A stretch of DNA of 64,000 bases. Origin: the human T2T-CHM13v2.0 reference genome, Homo sapiens. The position numbers and the translations under genes were made by a program. The DNA is taken from NCBI RefSeq assembly GCF_009914755.1, contig NC_060927.1; one strand, written 5' to 3'. The notes under the pieces were generated by a model. It was not told the origin of the DNA. It ran no database searches and saw nothing but the letters and a program-made list of their open reading frames with translations. Shown here one piece after another: positions 55,701-64,000 of the stretch (its first letter is position 1; each line of letters begins with the position of its first letter).

Positions 55701-55930
55701 AAGGAACCCTCCTCTGGGGGACATATGTACTGTCTGTGTGGCCTATTATTACAAGCTCTCCTGTGACTTTGTAATGGATACAAGACTCAAAAGAACCATA
55801 GGGAGCTGAGAATGTGTGGTATCATCGCCCAGGGAAAAAGCCGTTGGCAGCTGCATTGTTATCCAGGGATGAAAAGTTAGCCTGTATTTTGCCTGAGGGA
55901 CGTGATTTGCCCTTGTTAGTACCTGTGCCT
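52790..55930 (+). pseudogene. pol: ERV pro-pol (PR, RT, RNase H, IN), disrupted
   Basis: LALVDTG; PVRKPDGTWRMTVDYRELNK; DLANAFFSI; QGYMHSP; YVD; HVSGH...GNDEADSLA; WQIDYIEPLP; ESDGGTHF. Confidence 0.92.
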
Positions 55931-55952
55931 GCTTTGTCATTCCAGCTGCAGG

Positions 55953-57110
55953 TTGGCATGCTCCAACAGCATCATGGACGGGGCCTACACCTACGCCGAG
56001 GTGACCAATGTCTCCAACTGTTGGATCTGCACAACTCTTCCAGCAGCAGCTGGGGACAGCTTGTTCTGGCACGTGCATCCAGCTTCTATGCAGAAGTGGA
56101 CATGGCTAGAGACTTGGGGTCCTGCAGACAACAGGTAGGATGCAACACGGTGAGCTTTGAACAGGGGTTGTCGCAGAACCCATGGCAAGCCTGCCCCCTG
56201 GCTGACTTGTAGTGTCCATGATGGATGAGCTTGGCTAATGGGAGAACATGTAGTGCCCCCATTGCAGGTACCATAATGTATAGAGCAGCACTGTGGTAAA
56301 GTCACTGTAAGATGGTTGCCTGCTGAGGTTTGTGCAAACAAAACACATGTCACCACAACAAGGGTGTGGTGGAACAAGCAGACTTGCCAAGGCTGGGGCC
56401 CCACGGATTTTGTGCCCCTTGGGAGTTTATGGGTCTGTGGGGACACAGAATGGCCATCTCTGCCAGCCAATTGGACTGGACGTTGTACCTGGAGGTGGCC
56501 CTATGTGGCTGCCACTGTGCTTCCCACATTTCCTGGCCACCCGCATAACTGGGAGCCACTGTGTTCCTGTTTTTTGCGGTGCAGCTTGCCCCCTGGTGGT
56601 TTTATCCCTTAGCTATAACTATCCCTGGAGCAGGTGTCATCACTGTGGAAAAGCAGGTTGTAGCCTTTGCAGAGCACGCAGCTTGGGCCCTGAATTACAC
56701 CTGAGTTGCTCTCCTTTTGTTCACTGATGAAGTTGACCAGATCAGGAAGGTGGCGCTGCAAAACTGATGGCCTTAGACAGTCATAGCTGCCCAAGGTGGT
56801 AACTGTGCCCTTGTAGGGACACAGTGCTGTACGTTTATTACCCCTGACAACCACGGGAATATAATGACAGCTTTACAAGGGGGTGTCACAGGAGATTAAG
56901 GTGATTGAACACCTTACTGATGACCCCCCGCAGAGATGGTGGGCATCTCTGGGCTCTGGCCTATGTTGGGCTCTTATAATCTTACGTAGCATAGCAGGGG
57001 TATTAGTGGTGGGTTGTTGTTCTCTGTATTGTTGCTATGGCCTATGGGTCCAGGGTGCTGCTGTATGTGCATGGGTCCCCACCAAGAGGATCCGCTCGGC
57101 CTGGGGGCAG
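55953..57110 (+). pseudogene. env: ERV env, disrupted, gamma-type
   Basis: SNCWIC (CXXC), WVCG...LPANWTGRC, LQN immunosuppressive-like segment, CALVGTQCC (CX6CC), TM helix. Confidence 0.88.
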
Positions 57111-57804
57111 GGTGTAAGGAACATGGCTGTGCTGAAGCCAAGTAGGCACTGGGCAGCAGGCATGGGCCAGGGTAAACAGCCTTGATGATTCAGCGGGATT
57201 GGGATGCAAGGCGCACAGTCCTGTGTCTTATGTAATCATAGCCACGTAGACACAACATAGAGAAGCTCCCCACCTGGCTCTCAGTCGCTATTTTTTGTGT
57301 AGGTTATAAATGTAACACTGACCCTGTGAGGGGCTGCTGAATAAAGCCATGTCTCATTTAAAGAACACTGTCTCTCAAGTGTTCTTCCAGCTCCCTGCCC
57401 CACGTCCACCCATTCCCCTCAGCCCTCAGCTTGGCCTGGAACCTAACCCTGAACCTGACAATTTATTTTAAGAACTTTTTGTAACTTTAGGCTTATTTAA
57501 ATAGCAATCATACAGTTTCAATATTGTTGTTTCACTTGGCATTAGGGCATTAGCATGCTTCCAATTGCTTTATAATCTTTAGAAACATTGTTTTTATTGA
57601 CTATATGCTTATCAACAAAATCCAGTAAGACTATTTGATTAATGCAAAGATTCAAGGAATTGTTATCTAGTTTGTGGATTATTCAGAACTCTTAACATTT
57701 GAAATTTGCCTGCTTTTTACAACCTTCAGTAGTATAGTTAAGACAAAGATTAATTTAAATCAGTAAGAGTTCCTTCTTATATATAATCTAGCTGATTCAG
57801 CTAT

Positions 57805-58119
57805 TTTATTTTATTTATTTATTTATTTATTTATTTACAGACATACAGAGTCTCACTCTGTCACCCAGGATGGAGAGCAGTGGTGTGATCTTGGCTCCTC
57901 TGCCTCCCGGGTTCAAGCAATTCTCCTGCCTCGGCCTCCCGAGTAGCTGACATTACAGGTGCACACCACCACACCTGCTAATTTTTGTATTTTTAGTAGA
58001 GATGGGGTTTTTCCATATTGGCTGGGCTGGTCTCCAACACCTGACCTCAGGTAATCTGCCGGCCTCAGCCTCCCAAAGTGCTCCCAAAGGATTACAGGCG
58101 TGAGCCACCATGCCTGGCC
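57805..58119 (-). mobile_element. AluS
   Basis: Alu dimer, (TTTA)n tail, small internal deletion. Confidence 0.9.
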
Positions 58120-58120
58120 A

Positions 58121-58266
58121 GCTTGCTTGCTTGCTTGCTTCCTGCCTGCCTGCCTGCCTGCTTGCCTGCCTGCCTGCCTGCCTTCCTTCTTTCCTTTCTC
58201 TCTCTCTCCTTCCTTCCTACCTTCCTTCCTTCCTTTCTTCCTTCTCTCTCTCTCTTTTTTTTTTTT
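58121..58266. repeat. Compound (CTTG)n(CCTG)n(CCTT)n(CT)n microsatellite
   Basis: Direct reading. Confidence 0.92.
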
Positions 58267-58488
58267 AGAAAAGCACAACTAACTTAGGAAACCATGCTTA
58301 AATTCTCAGACTCTTGCTCATTGTAGAGTCTTCCCAGTTTACAGCTATAGCCAGAAGTCTTGAAGTAAATGGGAACCACCTGAGAAAATCAGCTGCCAGC
58401 AAGCCAAAGGTATTAAGCCATGGAGACAGAGGATGGAGAGCATATCTCACCCTCCTGAAGAGTGAAGCAGTGCTTGGAAAGAAAAACA

Positions 58489-58853
<365 letters not shown>

Positions 58854-59275
58854 TCAGAGTATGTTGGCTTTTGTTGAGGCAACAGCCAAAGGTGGCCACA
58901 CGTGTCCTGAATAATCTAAATGGGGTGAGCCTCAGTAGGCAAGGGAAAAATGAGGAACCTATGAAAGATCAGAGAAACCAAGGATGGAAGTAATTTCTAC
59001 ACAGAAGGGGAAGTCAACAGAATAAAAAATTCTGAAGATGTCAAAGGAAGAAGCTTCCATCAGATTGGTAAGAAAACTGTCCTTAAAGGTTTATAAGAGA
59101 ATGATTTTTATTGAGTGTGAAAATAAAAAGTTCACATTAAGAAGGGAGAAAATAAATTAAAAATTAATAGAAGTAGTAGATATAGCCTACAAATTTGATA
59201 CTCTGAAATACAAAATGAATCAGAGAAATAAAATAGTAGCCTTAAAATAATAAAATAGTAATCTCAGATAAAGAC

Positions 59276-59790
59276 TGTATGTTTTCTATTGCTGTCATAA
59301 CAAATTACCACAAACTTGGTGACTTAAAATAGGTCTGTAGGTCAGAAGTCTAACACGGATTCCAGTGGGCTAAAATTAAAGTGTAGGCAAGGCTGTATTC
59401 CTTTCTATAGGCTCTGGGAAGGATCAATTTCCTTGCCTTTTCCAGTTCTAGAGGCCATTGGCATTTCCTCACTTGTGGCCCCCTTCCTTTATCTTCAGAG
59501 CTAGCAAAGGCAAGTCAAGTCTCTTTAACGTGGTATTGCTCTGACCTTGCTTGTGTTGTCACATCTTTTTCTCTGGGCCTCCTCTTCCATCTCCTTCTGT
59601 CACTTTTAAGGACCCCTGTGATTATGTTGGGCACACCTGGACTGCCTGTTTGATCCAGGATAAACTTCTCATCTCAAGGTTCTTAATTTAATCCCATCTA
59701 TAAAGTCCCTTCTGCTGTGCAAGGTAACACTAACAGGTTGTGGGATTAAGATGTGGACATCTTACGGAAGCCATTATTCTGTCTGCAACA
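59276..59790 (-). mobile_element. MLT1B/C-like MaLR LTR
   Basis: ttgctgtcataacaaattaccacaaacttggtgac...ccattattctgtctgcaaca. Confidence 0.8.
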
Positions 59791-62080
59791 AAACCTACAG
59801 CAGTGTGTAAACTGAGGCAGAAGAATGTGGCAAAGACAAACAGACTGAATTGCTGAAAAGGGGAAATTTAAGTATAGTAACAAGTTGCTTCAGCAGTCAA
59901 GAAGGATAAATTAACTTGAATCAGAAGCAGTAGGTCATCTTTTCTGTCAATGGAAAGAAGGAAGGCAGAACATAGACACTGAATTATTAAAATGGGAAGT
60001 AAAGGTACAAGTTGAAGCTCAGAATGTCCCATCACTGAAGGAGCCAGTGTAGGGTGAAGAGGTGTGGCGTGGGAGGCTCCAGGTGGCAGGTAGTCTTCAA
60101 CAGCATTTGGGGGCTTGGAGAATTTTAAAAAGGATGCATAAGGGGATGACTAATAACACTCAGAATCCTGATAATAATAGCATAAATGTGTAGTGGGTCA
60201 AATCTTCATGGTTCAAAATACTCCTTCAACAATGCTCAGCTCAAGGAGAAAATAGGAAAAGAGCACTCAGGAGAGATGGAGGGATGATAATCGATTTGAA
60301 GTGCTTTGATGAATGGCCTAAGTACCTTATAATATGCTGATAATCAGAGTACTGAAGTTTTACATACTGTTCTTTGTCAGGTCCTCACACATTAGGAGTT
60401 AAGAAAATTTAGCAGTTCAATTAGAGGATTGCAGCTCTATTTTATAATTATAGTTTGTATATACAGATCTATTAGCTCCAGAGTTTTACAAATATATATC
60501 TGAATTTCTAAAAGGGCTCAATAATTTGAGAATATAAGAGTATTGACTCTGAATTCTCTCTTTGAATGAAGACATTCCTGTATTGGAATTCAGGCTATCA
60601 CTAATTAGCTAGTCATGTAACTTAAAAAAATTGCAGCCTTAGTTTCCTTATGCGTAAAACAGAGTTTATGATTAACTTACTGGGTATTTAGAATTAAAAG
60701 GCATATAATATTACTGCTAGTATTTGCCATATAGGAGATATTTAATCAGCTATTTTGTATTATTTTTATAGCAATATAAATGGGAAAAGTCTCAAAATCT
60801 TTAATATATTTTAGATAAATCTACTTGACCAAAATGTTGTTAACAAGTTCCAAGAACTGCTTTTTATTTTCATTTTTACATTTAACAAATGATACATTTG
60901 AGATATTTCCTTTGGGTTTCACAGTAAATTGGCAAAGTAATGATTTTACATTTGGTTCTTTTCTTAATGTCTAATGGTGGTAAAATAACTTCTAGATTAT
61001 TTCAAATGCACTGAAAACATAAATAGCAATAGTTTGCCAGCTGCAAAATTGATGCTGAAGGTACTTAAATGGCACATAAAATGTTGAATGTCCATAATCA
61101 CAAGCAGATTCAGTGCTGCCACTTGGCTGAAAACATGAGTTAATGTTTCAAAGTAAGTAGAACTGGAGTAGCATTTCTACTTTCAAGTAGTTTGTTGGAT
61201 TGCAGTGTGGGAGCATTGAATAAGCATATATGTCATATGACTTAAATCAGGTAGAGGCCCTTCTTGCATCTTCCCTATAACTCCAAACTACAAGAATTTT
61301 AAGGATCATAGACCTATAAGGTGCTCCACCAGCCTCTAGATGGCACTTTTACATTCTTGATCATGGTATTAATGGCTTGTTTTTTCCATGAATATACTTG
61401 TGGGTGACACAAAAACATGTATACCATTTTCTCAAGTGTATCGACAATTGATAGGCGAAATACACGTATCTCAAATATATGCCAGATCCTGGAATTTCAT
61501 TTAAAGTGAGTTTTTTCTCCCAAGGACAAAAATTTAGAATGAGAAAATTATTAAGTGTTAACGCTTGCCATTCCACTTTCCATGTAAAGTTTTGATTCTC
61601 AGTCAACGAGAAACAAATGAAACAACAAACAAAAAACGATTCTATTTTCTTTGGTTAGAAATACTTCTATCAGCATCTGCCTGTTTATACATCCTCAGTG
61701 GCACAGCAGAGTGCCACACTTGTCACCAAGCCTGCTGCATCAGGACTTGCAGTTTTCCTTTCATTTAGTTAATTAAATATTTGGAGTACACATGAGATAT
61801 TCCTATCAATTTTATTATTGGTATCCATACTGTGAACTTCATCTCTGCCTTTTCTCTGTTTCAGCTTTCAAATGCAACCAAGAATTAGGATCATAATAGC
61901 ATCTCATAATCCTAAAAGGCTGCTGTTCAGTGAAAAATAATGGGTAGAAATCCTTTATACAGACCAACTGGTCATTAGCTTTTGGTCCCTTCCACCATTC
62001 CCTTTTATTTTTCTCCCTCAAGTACAGGTATGACAAAGTGGAGGAAATTGGTTAGTATTGAAGCTGTATAGAAGGTGTTT

Positions 62081-62490
62081 GGGTCTGGGTGTGGTGGCTC
62101 ATGCCTGTGGGGAGGCTGAGGCAGAAGGCTCCCATGAGCCCAAACATCCAAGACCAGCCTGGCAAACATAGTGAGACCCTGTTTCTACAAAAAGTTTAAA
62201 AATTTAGTTGGGTGCTGTGATGTATGCCTATGGTCCCTACTACTTGGGAAGCTGGGGTAGGAGCATTGCTTGAGCTGAAGTGGGCGAGGCTGCAGTGAGC
62301 CATGATTGCATTATTGTACTCCAGCCTGAGAGGTAGAGTGAGATCCTGTCTCAGAAAAAAAGAAAGAGCGAGAGAGAGGAAGAAAGAAAGAAGGAAAGAA
62401 AGAAAGAAAGAAGGAAGGAAGGAAAGAAAGAAAGAAAGAGAAAGAAAGAAAGAAAGGAAGGAAGGAAGGAAGGAAGGAAGGAAAGAAAAG
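62081..62490 (+). mobile_element. AluJ with (GAAA/GGAA)n tail
   Basis: J diagnostics; flanks agaaggtgtttggg/aggaggtgtctggg. Confidence 0.88.
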
Positions 62491-63131
62491 AAGGAGGTGT
62501 CTGGGCCACTTTGCTTGCCTAACAAACTGCCTTCTCTTATGAAAACCTCTTTACTTGCTCTCCCATGTTTTCTCTGGGTCCTATCATATCTCACTGCCCC
62601 TGGGACAGGGCAAGACATTCAGTCTCTTTTCTCTATCATCTTTAGCTTCTGTTCTTGTATTAGCTGTTGGTCTATAACTTTCTCCAATCTTTCCTTATCC
62701 TAAACAACAACAAAAACAAGCTCTTCCTAAACCCCATCTTTTTTTTTCATAATGTTTTTTATTCTCCTTTCTAACAAAACTATTGTTCTTGAAAAATAAA
62801 ATACTCTTGCTGTCTCAAATCTTTCACTTTCCATTAATTTTCAGCTTGTGAGGAGGATAGGTATTAGAAAAACAAAAACCTTATTTCAAAGTACACACTT
62901 CTTTTACCATAATCTACTTTGACATTTCCTTTGGGAAAGAGGTACTTTAATTTTGAAAAATACCTCTGACCTGATTATCGTATGAGAATCACTATCTTTG
63001 TCAGTGCCTCCCAGCTAACATAATTCTCTGAGTTCTTTCACTAAACGGCTTCCAATTGGCAAACTCTAATGCTACTTTTCAGGCTTATCTTAGCTGAGTT
63101 CCCTGAAGCCTTTGAATTTGTTGACCATGTT

Positions 63132-63533
<402 letters not shown>

Positions 63534-64000
63534 TGACAACTATCTGTTTCTATTTTCTGAAATTTGTGACTTGGAAATGCATCCAAGTCCTGCTCAAATT
63601 TTAAATTCTTTGGCTTAAATATTTAAATTATTTACTTGCCTGTCCTTTCTACTGACCTATTAACTCTATTGAAGCAGAAACTAGGTTATATTTTTTTCTA
63701 ATATGTCTAGTACCTTACACTGTGCTGAGTGAAGGATCAGATATTAGAAACTAATATATTTCATAGTCCTTTTGTCTGTGAATCCCTTTGTCAGTGTATG
63801 TAAGCTTTTTATGGAATGATCAAGTTAACACAAAAGTTTTTAATAGAATTCTTAATTAACAGGGAAGTAACATAAGAATGTTTTATGTGGTAAATGAGGA
63901 AGGAACAGTTCATTCTCTGGACATATTCATGAGTTAAAACTGTTAAAAATATTTTCCTGCTCTCCCAAAATATGAGAAATTACTTACTCTAGGATAACAA

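Larger units (their letters stand above)
50950..57460 (+). mobile_element. HERV-S (HERVL18/LTR18) provirus, defective
   Basis: LTRs 50950-51300 and 57113-57460, TSD attta, tRNA-Ser PBS, PPT 57102-57112, gag-pro-pol-env remnants. Confidence 0.92.

Noticed and set aside
62196-62703. ORFs of 133-140 aa on both strands
   Set aside because: Artefacts of an Alu plus GA-rich microsatellite.

Overview
AT-rich, repeat-dense primate (catarrhine, probably human) genomic DNA with no intact host protein-coding gene. It contains many Alus, MIR/L2/L1M/HAL1 relics, MaLR LTRs, DNA-transposon relics, several ERV1 LTRs (MER50, MER83, LTR8, MER41, HERV-W LTR17), a deleted MER4-group provirus, a full THE1A element and a near-complete defective HERV-S (LTR18/HERVL18) provirus. 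The most interesting signal lies between the repeats. About 15-18 plus-strand segments from ~3.5 to 44.2 kb are bounded by splice sites, mostly join in compatible phase, and read as a long protein interrupted by scattered stops and a few frameshifts. This looks like the fossil of a large spliced gene (candidate unitary pseudogene) that I cannot assign to a known family and that the ORF track largely misses. Repeat family names are from my recollection of consensus sequences, not from a search.
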